A stretch of 64,000 nucleotides of DNA from Eledone cirrhosa (GCA_964016885.1 OZ024758.1:13330001-13394000); one strand, 5' to 3'; counted from the stretch's first letter, positions 30,121 to 45,249 are shown. Made by a program: numbers and translations. The notes: a model not told the origin generated them from the sequence alone.

Positions 30121-30480
30121 AGGCGGTGAATTGGCAGAGTCGTTAGAAAATCGGATAGAATGCATTTTTGATATTCGTTCCGGCTCGCTGCTATCGGAGT
30201 TCACATCCCGCCCAGGTCAACTTTACCTTTCATCCTTTCGAGGTCGATACAGAAAAGTACCAGTCTAGTACTGGGGTCGATTCTTCTTCTATATATATCT
30301 TTCTTACTTTCATTCTCTCATTCTGTGTCCTTCTCTGGAAGAAATCTGCTGTGTTCAGTCCTAGAGAGGAGATGCGCTCCGCCAGGCTTAAAATAAAATG
30401 CCCAATAAACGCTGTATGTTTTTACAATTCCCCTACAATTCCACCTGGAGTTATGAGACCATACCGCACCATACCATACT
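30121..30480 (+). mobile_element. SINE S2
   Basis: Similar to 5551-5900. Confidence 0.7.
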
Positions 30481-30907
30481 ATTCATCTTTTTATGCCAGC
30501 TCTCTTATATTTTAAAGGTTTATCTTTGATCTCTTACCTCTTACTTCAAATCCCGTGAAACTTAACTCATTCGTGAAACTATATCTTTTCTTCTATCTTA
30601 ACATATTAACCTTTAACTATATATCTATTAACCCAGCGCGCTTATATTTATCTTTTATTCCTGGGATCTTTTTCCCTTCTTTATTATTTAACAAAACAAC
30701 ATTACAAGTTTAATGGTAGCAAATAACTCATAAAGACATACAAGCGCGAAGAATTTTGACTATAAAACCTTTCCGCTAGATTTACTATCACAAAGTGATG
30801 ACCTTATAAACATGTTTTCCTTTCACCTTTTTCCTACCCTGCTATGGCCGTTCTTTTTCCTTTCATTTTATCTTATCTGATCTCTTTGATGTATTTGTTC
30901 TTCACGG

Positions 30908-31168
30908 CTCTTATTCACTGCTATATACAGCTCAAAGTATCTCTTTATTCACTGCTATATACAGCTCAAACCGTCCCCTTAGTTCACTGCTGTATACAGC
31001 TCAAACTATCTTCTTATTCACTATTATATACAGCTCAAACCATCTCTTTACTTCTATCTACAGCTCAAAGTATCTCTTTATTCACTGCTATATACAGTTA
31101 AAACTATCTTCTTATTCACTACTATATACAGCTCAAATTATCTTCTTATTCACTACTATATACAGCTC
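30908..31168. repeat. ~34-bp minisatellite (ttattcactgctatatacagctcaaa..)
   Basis: About 8 units. Confidence 0.85.
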
Positions 31169-31194
31169 TTCTTTTATATATATATGAATATATA

Positions 31195-31651
31195 TCATCA
31201 TCATTCGTCGACTACTGTCGAGATGATGGATCTCAGTCTCATGCCCCAGAATTCCCTGTCCCCCATCACTGCCCCCAGGTCCTGTTTACTGATTCCCGTA
31301 TCCCTAGAGATAACTGTTTCTACTTTTGGCACAAGGCCATAAATTACCCAGTGCATTACTGGTACTTTATTTTATCGACCCCGTAAGGATGAAAGGTAAA
31401 GTTAACCTCGGCGGGATTTGAACTCAGATCATAAAGGGAGGTAACTCTATGCTACAAAGCATGGTGTCCGACCCTCTACCAATACTGCCAATCCAACGTC
31501 AGGGAATGACAGCTTCCTACTCCTAGTCAGGCTGGAGTCAGGGTTCCAGAGCAAGAGAGCGGATATGATTTCATTGCTGGCACGGTGACAGTGGCCAGCA
31601 AATTGAGCTCTCCGGGATTTTAGAAGGGCAGAGGCTCGAGGGAGTTTGCCA
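31195..31651 (-). pseudogene. 3' end of an RTE/RTE-X LINE, interrupted by a SINE
   Basis: GKLPRASALLKSRRAQFAGHCHRASNEIISALLLWNPDSSLTRSRKLSFPDV[SINE]ISRDTGISKQDLGAVM../DREFW..* followed by a (TGA)n tail. Confidence 0.8.
31315..31494 (-). mobile_element. SINE S1 nested in the LINE fragment
   Basis: Removing it restores the LINE reading frame; aac on both sides. Confidence 0.8.
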
Positions 31652-32295
31652 ATATTAATATATATATAACTCCTCCACTTCCACTAAGCATGAACCTAAT
31701 AGGACTGTGTACAATTGCCCCCTGTGTTTTGTTCGTTCATTTTCAACTATATATATGTGTGTGTGTGTGTGTGTTTGAGTATTTATGTAAATATGCATTT
31801 ATTACATATGGTGTACAAAATATCTTACATGAGACAAACATACAATCTAATTCGCAATCTAATCTAATTTGTTCTAATCGAAACTCAATAATAAATTGCT
31901 AAATCATAATCTTTTCAAAAGCAGAGGTCTCGTAGAATATTTAAATATTTATTACTGAAGTATGGAGGATTTACTCCTAAAGTGGAACGATTTGTATTCT
32001 TTGAAAATCGCCCTCTAACGATCAGGATTAGAAACTAGCAACAACAAGAAGGAAATGGAAACGAACAAATGATTTTAGTTTACCAATTTTAATTTCCTTT
32101 TAATTCCTATTTTACGTGAAACGAAACCAATTACGTTTTATGTTAACATATTTTTATAGTTTTGTTAATTTAAAAAATAAAAGGAAAAACAAACTGGGAG
32201 AGAGAAAAACTATTGATAATATGACTAGCAGAAACATGGAGTTGATCGTTAGATGGGTCCCTCCCCACCAAAAAAAAAAGTGTTTTTATTGGTCT

Positions 32296-32502
32296 GTGTG
32301 GCTGAGTGGTTAGAGAATGGGATTCACAATCTTGAGGTTGTGAATTCGATTCCTGGACCGGGTAATGCGTTATGTCCTTGAGCAAGACACTTTATTTCAC
32401 GTTGCGCCTTCTGCCTGGAGTTGCGACAGATAGATAGTATTAGCAACTGGAAAGACCAACGGAAACATTGTTTCCTCGGTCCGATTTGACGAAAGTCGAT
32501 CG
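32296..32502 (+). mobile_element. tRNA-derived SINE family S4
   Basis: tggctgagtgg A-box, ttcgattcc B-box; near-identical to 53368-53583; 3' parts at 19857, 38948, 39630 and 56900. Confidence 0.75.
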
Positions 32503-32656
32503 ATCTTTTTTTAAATTTTTTTATTTTTTATTACTGATACTATCTGTTAGTACTGGGGTCGATTCTTCCTCTATATCTCTTTCTCATTTTTATTCTGTCA
32601 CTCTATTTTTCTCTGGAAGAAATCGTCTATGTTCAGACCTGGATAGAAGAGCTCTA

Positions 32657-32724
<68 letters not shown>

Positions 32725-33620
32725 CCCCCTCGTATATATACATATATATATTTATCTCAGGAATTTTACCCTCCCTATATATATATATAGGTGTCGTTTA
32801 TCTCCAAGTCGTTGCAGATTGAACAGACCTATGACTTAAAGGCATTCAACCCAAGACAGTGTGATCTATTCTTTCGGGAGTTGTGTAAACCGGACTCCCT
32901 TATATAAGACGAGCGACCATATAGAGATGCCCGTATTGGTTCTTTTATATATGTAGTGATCAGAATTAGAAACACCTACCTAAAGATGCTTGCTACTAAC
33001 CGTATTTGGCCGACTAATGCTTACTCACCAGTAGGTTGAAAAAATAACAGGCAATAGCTGAGAGTTCTAAACGGTACCTGATGTGATAAGCCTGTCACAT
33101 GACCCATGACGTAATGATCCTTTTCTCGTGCGTCTGTGAGGTCTTTTTTCAAAGTTCATGACAGGTTCGTATTTGCTGAGAAAACAAAACGATTGTAAGG
33201 AAGAATAAGATGTAAGGAAGCAAATATACTTCTTACTCACTAGCATCAGTAATTCCTTAAACAAAAACCAAAGCAAATAACGAAGACGCACCAAAGTAGA
33301 AGTACCAAAGTTAACAGCTACAAAATACCAAAACTAAAACGTCTTAAACTACATGGCTAAAAACAAAACAGTTATATTACACCGAAGAACTCTACAAAAC
33401 CCAGCCGAGGGTTTTCTCACTCCTGTTGTAGGAACTCCTCTCTAGTTGATCTTCACCATTTTCTGTTTGGTTTTGGTCATATCTTCAGGGGTGTAGCCAT
33501 ACTCACCACGCTTGGCCAATTGTGAATTGGTGAGGCTGTTGAACTCATAGTTGGAGGTGGATGACCGTTAATTCTGAGGAATTCTTTCGCCCTTTTAACA
33601 GCTCTTGTTTATTCTTATTT

Positions 33621-33806
33621 GGATTGGCAGTATCGGTACACGGCCCTTGGTGAATTGGCAGTATCGGTAGAGGGTCGGACGCCATTCTTTCCAGCATAGT
33701 TACCTCCCGTCAAGGTTAACTTTACCTTTCATCCTTACGGGGGTCGATAAAATAAAGTACCAGTAATGTACTTGGTAATTGCTGGCCTTGTACCAAAAGT
33801 AGAAAC

Positions 33807-33810
<4 letters not shown>
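33621..33810 (+). mobile_element. SINE S1 (rearranged)
   Basis: Duplicated head, internal deletion, core retained. Confidence 0.65.
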
Positions 33811-33840
<30 letters not shown>

Positions 33841-34148
33841 TTATTTTATTTTTATTTTTTTCGCTGCTGTGGTTCCACTTACCTTTCTCACCAGACCCTG
33901 CTCTGGTCTAATGAGGGAGCTGGTTTGAAAGGCAAAATTGACCTCGGTGAGATTTTAACTCAAAGAGTAGAGAGCCTGAAACGAATACCATAAAGCATTC
34001 TATCCGATGTTCTAAAGACTTTACCAATTCTCCGCTGTACCAACAAAGTAAAAAGAATTTAATATGTTTAGTAAAGTAAATATATCATTACATTATAGAG
34101 ATGGAGGTATACGTGTGTGTGGATTGGTTTGTTTGTTTGTTTGTATTC

Positions 34149-34198
<50 letters not shown>

Positions 34199-35039
34199 TT
34201 GAAGAATCTCTTACAGTGAAAATTGTTTTTTGTTTTGTTCTTTCGCAAGTGTTTTCATTTGTTTTTTTTCAACTCCGTTTATTCTATTTATTTTGGAGAT
34301 GGGGGTTGGGGATGGTGTATTAAATTTCCATGATATATACTGCTGCTGCTGCTGCTACTACTACTGCTACAGCAGTTGCTGCTGTTGCATGTTTTGCTTA
34401 GATTACTAAGCAGCCAACTGGTGCCACCTTCTCTCTTTACCATCATTTATTCACAAGTCTCATGAATGTCTTTTGAAAATGTGTTATAAAAATTCTTGCC
34501 TTTTCTATTCTATTTCAATTATAAGATAAGCACTGGGTTTATGGAAGTAAGCATTGTCTGTTTTGTGACATAATATTGATTAAATGAACTAACTTCAGTA
34601 ATTATTGGACAATTATTGCGCAATCTCTTGAAGCCTTTTGAAAGAAATACTTTAACAACTATATTTATCTGTATTATTTTTATTTTTGTTATATTTTATT
34701 TTATTTTTATATATTGTTATTGCCTCCTCCTTATTGAGGACGCCTTGTTTTGTAAACTCCCCCCATTGTACTTGTCCCACTTTTGATGCCCTGGTGGCAA
34801 ATAAAAGAAACATATATTTATCTGTATTATGTTGTTGTTGTTGTTGGTGGTGGGGGTGCTGTTGTTGTGATTGTTGTTGTTGTTGGTGGTGGTGGTGTGG
34901 TGTCGTTGTTGTTGTGATTGTTGTTGTTGTTGTTGTTGTGGTGCTGTTGTTGTGGTGGTGGGGCTGTTGCTGTTGATGTTGTTGGTGGTGGTGGTGAACA
35001 ATTGCTGGCCTCATGCCTAAATCTGAAACCATTATTATT

Positions 35040-35365
35040 ATTTGGCAACATAGAGTTATAGCCCTTTACTTTCTGAGTTAAAATCCCGCCGAGGTTAACT
35101 TTACCTTTCATCCTTACGAGGTCGATAAAATAAAGTACCAGTCACGCACTGGGGTCGATTTAATCGACTTTCCCCTCCCCCAAAATTGCTGGCCTTGTGC
35201 CTTTATAAGAAACCATTATTATTTGGCAGTATCGATAGAGCGTCAGACACAATGCTTTGCAGCATAGAGTTATGGCCCTTTACTTCTGAGTTCAAATTCC
35301 GCAGAAGTTAGCTTTGCCTTTCATCCTCCCCTAAAATTGCTGGCCTTGTGCCTATAGTAGAAATA
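35040..35365 (+). mobile_element. Cluster of SINE S1 fragments
   Basis: Two or three tandem partial copies. Confidence 0.65.
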
Positions 35366-36236
35366 ATAATAATTTTTTTTAGTAGTAGTAGCAGTAGTAG
35401 TAGTAGTAGCAGTAGTAATACTACTGCTACTATTACTATTACTAATAGTAGAAGTAGTAGTAATAGTAGTAGTAGTAGAAAAAACAACACATACAGACAA
35501 CACATCCAAACAAAATCAAACCAAAACTAAAACAAAAAAAAAACACACAAAAAAAAAAATAAATAAATAAAACAAAAAAAACAAAAAAAAAACAAGAGAA
35601 TCATTTTGAAAAAAAAAAAAAAATAATAATAATAATAATAACAAGCAGTGAAAGAGTAAATATTTATTTGATGTAATCCAGTTGCATGAAACAGCAGAGA
35701 TTGAAAGACTGGCAGAAAACTAAATATAAACATTTCCTTATTCAAATATCTATATCTTCTTTATGTGTTGATCTGAAGAGAAGCTGTTTCTTTTACAACA
35801 TAACAACGTGGTTTAGTCATTGATACATAAAGGAAGAAGGAAATATGAAAGATATAAGAATATTTGATGATAAATATATATGTGTGATGTTTATATATAT
35901 GTGTGTGTGTATGTGAGTATTTGTATGTGTGCATGTGGGTGTGTGTATGTATGTGTGAGTGCATTAGGTTCTGAATTATTGGTCTTGTAGTCCATATATA
36001 CACACACAAACATATATATATATATATGTGTGTGTGTGTGTATATATATATATGTGTGTGTGTATATATATATATATATGTATGTATATATACATATATG
36101 TGTATATATATGTATGTATATATACATATATGTGTGTATATATATGTATGTATATATACATATGTGTGTATATATATGTATGTATATATACATATATGTG
36201 TATATATATGTATGTATATATACATATATGTGTATA

Positions 36237-36303
<67 letters not shown>

Positions 36304-36427
36304 AGTAAGGTTGTTTGGATGCATCCATAGATGGTATGTCAGTTGAGCACTCTATCTGAGGATCTAGCGAATCGAGAGTCAGGTTCGATCCACAAACAGA
36401 TCGCACCTTGAGCTGTTCGCCGGAGAA

Positions 36428-36574
36428 CATCATTTTACGTCCGCTTTTCCCCGCTTGCAAGGGTGGGACGGGTCCTATTAAGCATGGCATCTCTCCATTT
36501 GTCATGGTCCTTTGTCATCTCCTCCATGAGCTTCAACAATCTGAGGTCAGCTCTCACCACCTCCGCCCATGTTT
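36428..36574 (-). pseudogene. RTE (BovB-like) LINE 3' end
   Basis: [45 protein letters not shown]. Confidence 0.75.
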
Positions 36575-36589
36575 ATTTATCTATATATA

Positions 36590-36691
<102 letters not shown>

Positions 36692-37709
36692 GTACCCGAC
36701 CTCCCATGGGTACAAGCTGAAGCATATAAACAATATGCCCCCACACCCCCCACCGCAAGGTGGTCGTGGAGGTGCCACGGCAAAAAAAGCCCCCAGCCCA
36801 CACTGTAAAGTGGACGTGTAGGCGCCACGAAAAAGCACACAGCACTCACTGTAAATGAGGTTGGTGTTAGGAAGGGCATCCAGCCTTAGAAATCAAGCCA
36901 GATCAGTTCCTGTATGAGCAAGGCATGGTCAGCCGACCAGACACTGCACACAACAGGACATGCTAGCGTGGAAGAACGGACGTAAAACGGTGATGATGAT
37001 GATGATGATATATATATATATATATATATGGAAGGTGGACGTTAAACGATGATGATGATGATATATGTGTGTTTACAAAGAACTTTCACATAATAACTGC
37101 AGATAAAAATATGAAATATTTTTGCTGTACATAATTCAGAAGCTGTATCTATTTAATCAAAAATATTTCAACAGTATGTACAAAAAAAAAAAAACCTCAA
37201 TTTTCAAATTTATAACTGATATCATTTATTTATTTTATATTTGATAATTTTTTTATGTCCAAGAATAATAAACTTTTCAATATTTTATTATCTCTTGTCA
37301 AGTTATATTTTTAGTAAAAGTTTCAGCTAAGAGTGTTTAATCAACAACTCACATCATTTCTGAACCTTATCTAGTTTTGTCCTCATCTTCCTCTTCTTTT
37401 CCTCTCATTGTCTGTCTCTTTATCTTTCTCTTCTTTTCCTCTCAATATCTGTCTCTTTATTTTTCTCTTCTTTTCCTCTCATTGTCTCTTTCTTTACCTT
37501 CCTCTTATCTTTCCCCTCATCTGTCTGTGGCTTTTTTTTTCTTTGTCATTTCAATCTTTCATCATAATCTTATCACTCAACAATATACATCATCCACTTT
37601 TCTAAAAAAATAAATCATACACAAAACGCCAACAGCAACAGTTTTCCAAGGGATGTCAACATGAATGGACCTGTTATTTTTCTCTAAAAACATTTTTTTA
37701 CAATTGCAC

Positions 37710-37872
37710 CCCACCTGTCCCTTCCATCTACCTTATTTCTTATTCTTTCTTCTGATGAAGGACTAGCGTCCGAAACGTTTAAACCTTGTTCCTGCTATAT
37801 CAAGCGTTAACCTAATATATCGCTTCCATATACTGTACCGATTGTGTTGTTATTTCTGTTTACTTTTTACAT
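37710..37872 (+). mobile_element. Family D PLE-like fragment with hammerhead at 37748-37783
   Basis: tctt CTGATGA aggac tagc gtcc GAAA cg TT; copies at 52523-52682 (-) and 39545-39625 (-). Confidence 0.75.
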
Positions 37873-37894
37873 ATATATATATATATATATATAT

Positions 37895-38292
37895 GCAAAA
37901 GTTCTATTTAAAGTTGTTGGGATACAAGTAAATATTTTTATAACTGATATAAAGCACTCGACAAGTTTTTGGAGTAGATATACGATATTAATAAATGGAA
38001 ACTATATTTATAAAACCATATTTATTTCATTATACATATTTCAGGGATACCACATTAAATTATGGTATGCCTTCATCAGACAAAATACAATATATAACAG
38101 TTTTACAAATAGCTTTGACGTACCCTTTTAAAATGCATTTTAAAAGGGTACGTCAAAGCTATTTGTAAAACTGTTATATATTGTATTTTGTCTGATGAAG
38201 GCATACCATAATTTAATGTGGTATCCCTGAAATATGTATAATGAAATAAATATGGTTTTATAAATATAGTTTCCATTTATTAATATCGTATA
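37895..38292. mobile_element. Family B element: ~157-bp-arm palindrome with a hammerhead on each strand, plus tail
   Basis: Centre atgcat at 38133-38138; hammerheads ~38022-38086 (-) and 38184-38248 (+); tail 37895-37978. Confidence 0.85.
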
Positions 38293-38710
38293 TATATATA
38301 TATATATATATATATCATCATCATCATCATCATCATCAACGTTTAACGTCCGTGTTCCACGCTTGCATGGGTTTGGACGGGGGTAGTCCCACTTGAGGCA
38401 AGAGTGATTGTCTTGCTCGCATAGGACTGTCTGGCAGGTTTTCTACAGTTGGATGCCCTTCCTAACACCAACCACATTTACAGTGTGGGTCTGGGAGGTT
38501 TTTACCGTGTTGCCTACACGGCCACATTACAGCGTGGACTGTGTGTTTTTTTGTCGTGACACCTACACGATCTCATTTGTTTCGGCCTCGATGGCGCGGC
38601 ACCAACATAACTTTACATAGAACGGGGTGGTGTGGATCGGGTGGGGGTGGTGGGACGGGGTGTATTTTGTTAGAGATGCCTACTGGCTGGAGTAGGTTTT
38701 ACTATATATT

Positions 38711-38838
38711 TAGGTAAGGCGGGTCTTCTCTGTTACTGAGTACCGCCAAAGGTCTCGGTCCAGTGACATTGTCTTGGAGAGGTGTAAGTGTGTGATGTCG
38801 GAGTTTATCAGCTCGTCCCAGGTTTTTCTAGGTCTGCC
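38711..38838 (-). pseudogene. RTE LINE 3' end (second family)
   Basis: GRPRKTWDELINSDITHLHLSKTMSLDRDLWRYSVTEKTRLT*. Confidence 0.7.
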
Positions 38839-38863
38839 TATTCCGTGACTACCGTCATATATT

Positions 38864-38896
<33 letters not shown>

Positions 38897-39077
38897 GATG
38901 ATGATGATGATATATATATATATATATACACACACATATACATATATTTCTGCCAGGAGTTTTGATTGGGTAAATAGCATCAACAATGGAAAGACCAATG
39001 GAAACATTGTTTCCTTTGGTCCAATTTGACAAGTTCCACTCTACCTGGTAAGCGAATGAGGTATGGGATTTTTTTGA

Positions 39078-39115
<38 letters not shown>

Positions 39116-39448
39116 ATTTTTTATTTTCACTTCATAAACCTTGTTTGTAAATAACATTCTTTCTGCACCATTTCTTTAACATGTCCAACACCACCTTTCT
39201 ACACCAATACATATTATTATCATTTGATAATGCATAAAAATGCTGAAACCGGTAATAGACAATTATTAAATATGTAAATAAATAAATAAATGCCATTGTT
39301 AAATAATAAATAAATCAACTAATACCTTAACACTTCAGATAAAGTCAAATATTTTGTTTTAATCATTTTCTAACCCAGAAAAAAGAGAGAAAAAAATAAA
39401 AAGGGAAAAAAAAAAATTTTTCTTCCTAATAATCGTCTTTTTCTCCGT

Positions 39449-39513
<65 letters not shown>

Positions 39514-39751
39514 TATATATATAAGTATATATATATATATATATGTAAAAGGTAAACAGAAATAACAACACAATCACTACAGTATATGGAAGGAATATAT
39601 TAGGTTAACACTTGAAATAGCAAGAGCCAGAGGTTGTGACTGGTAGATAGTATCATCAATGGAAAGGAAAGACCAATGGAAACATTGCTTCCTTGGCCCA
39701 AGTGAATGAGATCTGGGACCCTGTCTGGGATTTTGTCAATCGACTTCCTAT

Positions 39752-40035
39752 CCTCTAAATATTATGAAAGAATTCCCTCACAATCTTTACAGATGCTAGT
39801 ATTGCTATTTTCTGAAACTTGCCTTTGTCTGTCGCAATATGTAATCTTTCAATATCTTTATAGAATTGGTTGTTCTATTATTCCAGTTGAACCAATTGCT
39901 AATAAGATGATAGGCATATTCTTTAACTGCCATAATGTTTCCGATTCCACAGCCCAATCAATAGAATTCTTTATCTGTTCAGATCACTTTTGTATCATTT
40001 GGTAGCACTATCTCAATTATTTATATATTATTGTC
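39752..40035 (-). pseudogene. Decayed RLE endonuclease domain of an R4/Dong-like LINE
   Basis: IIEIVLPND..WAVESETLWQLKNMPIILLAIGSTGII..FQKIAILASVKIVREFF with stops and frameshifts. Confidence 0.65.
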
Positions 40036-40390
40036 ATGGAAAGTGATGTCAAACTCATTATGTGTAATCACATACAAATATGGCTACACACACATACACA
40101 CACACACTTGCACACACATACACATACATATACAAATGTATATGCATACTCACACACATACAAATGTATATGCATAAACACACATAAACACCCACATAAC
40201 AACACAAATACAAATATATATGCATAAACACAGACATACCAACACAAATACAAATATATATGCATAAACACACATAAACACACACATACCAACACAAATA
40301 CAAATATATATGCATATAACAAACACACACACATATATATATATATCAATCATCATCATCAATGCATATATATATATATGTGTTTGTGTC

Positions 40391-40435
<45 letters not shown>

Positions 40436-40508
40436 AATATATATATATAGAGAGAGAGATAGTGTATGTATGGTTATATTAGAGTTTACCAATATAGATC
40501 ATTATATA

Positions 40509-40636
<128 letters not shown>

Positions 40637-41081
40637 CACACACACACATATACAACATACATAGTTGAAATCAATGGAGCCAGACAAATGCGTGAAAAGC
40701 AGAGAAGTAGGAGTAAAGAAAAAGAGAAAAGCAGAAAATAAAATTATTTCTGACATTCACCACTGACAGTTATTTAAATGGAAGGAGATTTTGATGAGAT
40801 TTGCTATTTCCATTAGGAGAGAATATTATGCACTACTAACATGGAGTGGTATGGTCTCGTAACTTCTGAGGGAGTCGTAGCGGTGGCGTAGTGGCATACA
40901 GCCATTTCTAGGGTACTTTTAAAACCTGTCAGAGCCCGTCTCCTCTCTCCAGGTCTGAATATAGCAGATTTCTTCAAGAGAAGGATAGACATAGTGATGG
41001 AATGGATGTGAGAAAGAGATATGGAGGAAGAATCAACCCCAGTACTTGACTGGTATATTTTATTACTTCTTAAAATATTGT

Positions 41082-41470
41082 ATGTGGTTAGAGCATTGGT
41101 CTTGCAATCGAAAGGTTGTGAGTTCAATTCTCAGACCGGGTGATGTGTTGTTTCCTTGAGCAAGACACTTTATTTCACATTGCTCCAGTTTACTCAGCTG
41201 TAGAAATGAGATGATAGGGACTGGGGTCCATATCATTCTACTGCAAAGTGGTTGTGGAGGTGCCACGGCAAAAAAGCACCCAGCCCTCACTGTAAAGTCG
41301 ACGTGTAGGCACCATGGAAAAAAAAGCACCCAGCACTCACTGTAAATGAGGTTGGTGTTAGGAAGGGCATCCAGCTGTAGAAATCAAGCCAGAACCAGAA
41401 TCAGTTCCCGTCCCACCCTTGCAAGCAGGGAAAAGCGGATGTAAAATGATGATGATGATGATGATGATGT
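41082..41470 (+). mobile_element. tRNA-derived SINE family S3 with RTE-derived 3' tail
   Basis: B-box gagttcaattc; ends ccgtcccacccttgcaagcagggaaaagcgga..aaa(TGA)n. Confidence 0.8.
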
Positions 41471-42129
41471 GTGCATGTGTGGTCCCGTAATTCTTGATGC
41501 TGTTGTAGAGGTGCCATAGTTTCATATGCCGTTTCTTGGGCATTTTATTTAAAACCTGGTGGAGCCCATCTCCTCTCTCCAGGTCTAAATACAGCAGATT
41601 CCTTCCAGAGAAAGATAGCGAGAGTGAGAGAATGGAAATGAGAAAGAGATATAGTGGAAGAATTGACCCCAGTATTTAACTGGTAATTTTTTAATTGACA
41701 TCGAAAGGATGAAAGGTAAAGTTGACCTTTGAAAACTACAGAGTGAGACAATGGCAGTAAGAAAGAGATACAGAGGAAGAATTGACCCCAGTATTAGACT
41801 GGTATTTTTAATTGCCCTCGAAAGAAAGGGCGAAAGGCAAAGTTGACCTCAGTGGGATTTGAAGTCAGAGAGGACAGAGAATTGGAGTTCAAATCCCGTC
41901 GAGATCAATTTTGCTTTTCATTCTTTCACGGTCGATAAAAAAAATATTATATTTACAAGCAAAACCTGTTCCTGGATTTTATTTCTATGAAAGTTTGCCA
42001 AATAAAGATGTTTACAATGGTAATGTAGCAAGGTTTATCAGCAAAGTACATTTTTATGTCATGGTTGCTTTATGGCTTTATGCCTTGTATTCAGTTTATT
42101 ATACAATGTGAGTGAAACATTTCATTGCT

Positions 42130-42169
<40 letters not shown>

Positions 42170-42204
42170 ATGATATATATGTATATATATATGTATATAT
42201 ATAT

Positions 42205-42350
42205 TTCGTTTCTGAATTTGTTTAGCAAGATTCTTTATCTGAAATCGTGTGTTGAAACCGATATTGTTATACTTTGGGAGGGTCATGTTGCCAATAAGAC
42301 ACTGGTGCGTGTGTTTCTTATTGGCAACATGACCCTCCCAAAGTATAACA

Positions 42351-42353
<3 letters not shown>
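42205..42353. mobile_element. Family H fold-back element
   Basis: ~40-bp arms atattgttatactttgggagggtcatgttgccaataaga and its reverse complement, plus tail, inside (TA)n. Confidence 0.7.
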
Positions 42354-42384
<31 letters not shown>

Positions 42385-42389
42385 GTATA

Positions 42390-42460
<71 letters not shown>

Positions 42461-42566
42461 ATATATGTATACATATATTGTATATGTAAACGGTGATGAT
42501 GTATATATATATATATTTATATATATATATATATGTGTGTGTATTCATATATGTATACACATATTT

Positions 42567-42618
<52 letters not shown>

Positions 42619-42623
<5 letters not shown>

Positions 42624-43128
42624 AATGAGTTATTTGGTTCGTTGATTATTCAACAAAGCTAATTTTACAACAGATTAAAAGCACTCAACTGTATTTATCC
42701 AGAGTATCATTCATATCAATAATATTAATAAATGGAAAATATCTTTATAAAACCATATTTATTTTATTATAAGTATTTCATAGGTACTAATATTTAAGTA
42801 CGCCTTCGTCAGATAAAATATAATATTTGGTGTAAAGATAGTGACATATCTTAATGTCAACTTCATGTTTGAACATATAACATGAAGTTCACATGTAGAT
42901 ATGTCACTATCTTTACACCAATTATTATATTTAATCTGACGAAGGCGTACTTAATTATTAGTACCCTTGAAATACGTATAATAAAATAAATATGGTTTTA
43001 TAAAGATATTTTCCATTTATTAATATTATTGATATGAATGATACTCCGTATAAAAAATCATTGAGTGCTTCTAATCTGTTGTAAAATTAACTTTGTTGAA
43101 TAATCAACAAATCAAATAACTCATTGTT
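42619..43128. mobile_element. Family B-related ~250-bp-arm palindrome with two hammerheads
   Basis: Plus copy 42928-42988: tatttaat CTGACGA agg cgtact..agtac cctt GAAA tacgta TA ataaaata; mirror copy ~42762-42820. Confidence 0.85.
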
Positions 43129-43261
<133 letters not shown>

Positions 43262-43302
43262 TCATCATCGTTTTATGTTCCGTTCTTCCACGCTAGCATG
43301 GG

Positions 43303-43336
<34 letters not shown>

Positions 43337-43584
43337 AAAGAGAGAAAATAAAAATATTGTAAGATTAAAGGTTTCTGTACAAATGGTGTTAAAGATTTGG
43401 AAAAAGCACCTGCATAGTTTCTGTCTACCAAATTCTAGTTACATAGGAACTTATCAACTTGAGGCTAGCTGGAATAGATGACCTATATACAGGAAGCCAT
43501 CTAGTGTGATCAAGAAATGATGATATTGCAATAAAGTTACCTGTTTTAAACCGCAAAGCCATACCTTTACCTCTTTCTGTTTTA

Positions 43585-43635
<51 letters not shown>

Positions 43636-43693
43636 GATATATATATATATACACACACATATATATATATATATATACATATTATATATATAT

Positions 43694-43727
<34 letters not shown>

Positions 43728-43728
<1 letters not shown>

Positions 43729-44001
43729 GGAAAAAGTATGACCCCGACGGCAGAGCTCAAGCCGTTTTGACGGCTATTTCTGGAGTCCAGAAATAGCCGT
43801 CAAAACGGCTTGAGCTCTGCCATCGGGGTCATACTTTTTCCTATTTCCCACTCTACTACCCTAAGTATTGAGTACTCTGGTGTGTTATGGTCCATCTGGT
43901 TCCTTACCACAATTCCTTTGTTATATATATATATATATATATAACAAAGGAATTGTGGTAAGGAACCAGATGGACCATAACACACCAGAGTGCTCAATAC
44001 T
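43728..44001 (+). mobile_element. Family A element with an additional inverted tail copy across a (TA)n tract
   Basis: Element 43728-43923; inverted tail 43941-44001. Confidence 0.85.
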
Positions 44002-44034
44002 ATAAATATATATATATATATATTTATATATATA

Positions 44035-44260
44035 GAATTCACAAGAATCAAAGCTATGTTCAAAGCATTTAATCAATTGTTTCATCCAAACCTAGGCTTG
44101 GAGTCTTCGGAGCATTTTTCAATGTTTGTACACATAATTGACCTCCTTTCCAACGCAAGAGACATACAGATACATATATATATATTGATGTACAGTAGAG
44201 TGACATATATTATACTATATTATTTCTGTATAGCAATTCAAATTCAAAATCAAAATCAAA
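44035..44260 (-). mobile_element. Family G PLE-like fragment
   Basis: Reverse-complement similarity to 13110-13360, including the CCGANGA core. Confidence 0.55.
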
Positions 44261-44669
44261 ATTAAAATTAAAACAAAATTAAAACCTAATTAAAATACAT
44301 TCGGCAGTTAACACAAATAATGCAAGAGGATAGTTTGTTAGTCAGATGTAGTAGTTAGTGTATGCGTTAGGTACACATGGGGCATGCAAGTGTGTCTCAT
44401 TTATATATGATTATTGTGTGGCAGGGTGTTACATGTAATACAAGCGCTTTAATATATATATATGGTTTTATTAGGCTTTATATTACAGCTAGAAGCTGTT
44501 CTCTATCTTCCATCTACTTTTTACTATCTTAATCTTCTTAGCTTTGATATTTTTCTATGGAACTCTGCTTCTCTCTAAAGTTTAGCTAGAATATATTTGA
44601 AGTAAGATCCATTTACTGTACATCTCATGGCTTTCTATATATATACATATACACACACACAAACACACG

Positions 44670-44708
<39 letters not shown>

Positions 44709-44754
44709 CCCATGCGAGCGTGGAATATGGACGTTAAACGACGATGATGATGAT

Positions 44755-44793
44755 ACACACATGCATACATATACTCATATACATATACACACA

Positions 44794-44843
<50 letters not shown>

Positions 44844-44888
44844 TATACATATATATATATACATGCATACATATACTCATATACATAT

Positions 44889-44925
<37 letters not shown>

Positions 44926-44950
44926 CACATGCATACATATACTCATATAC

Positions 44951-45041
<91 letters not shown>

Positions 45042-45167
45042 CATACATGCATACATATACACATATACATATGTACATATACATACACAGATGCATATAT
45101 GCATACATGCATACATATTCATACACATATGTATACATATACACATATACATATACATACACATATG

Positions 45168-45225
<58 letters not shown>

Positions 45226-45249
45226 CATATATATATATACATATATATA

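Noticed and set aside
32296-32365. tRNA genes
   Set aside because: The A/B boxes belong to SINE heads that continue into repeat bodies; no intact cloverleaf was found.
37979-38292. Palindromes as sequencing fold-back artefacts
   Set aside because: Arms end at the same family-specific base at many loci, and some pairs have diverged arms; read-level confirmation is still advisable.
39218-39258. TTGATAA..GAAACCGGTA degenerate hammerhead
   Set aside because: Two core mismatches and a weak stem I; possibly an old copy but unsupported.
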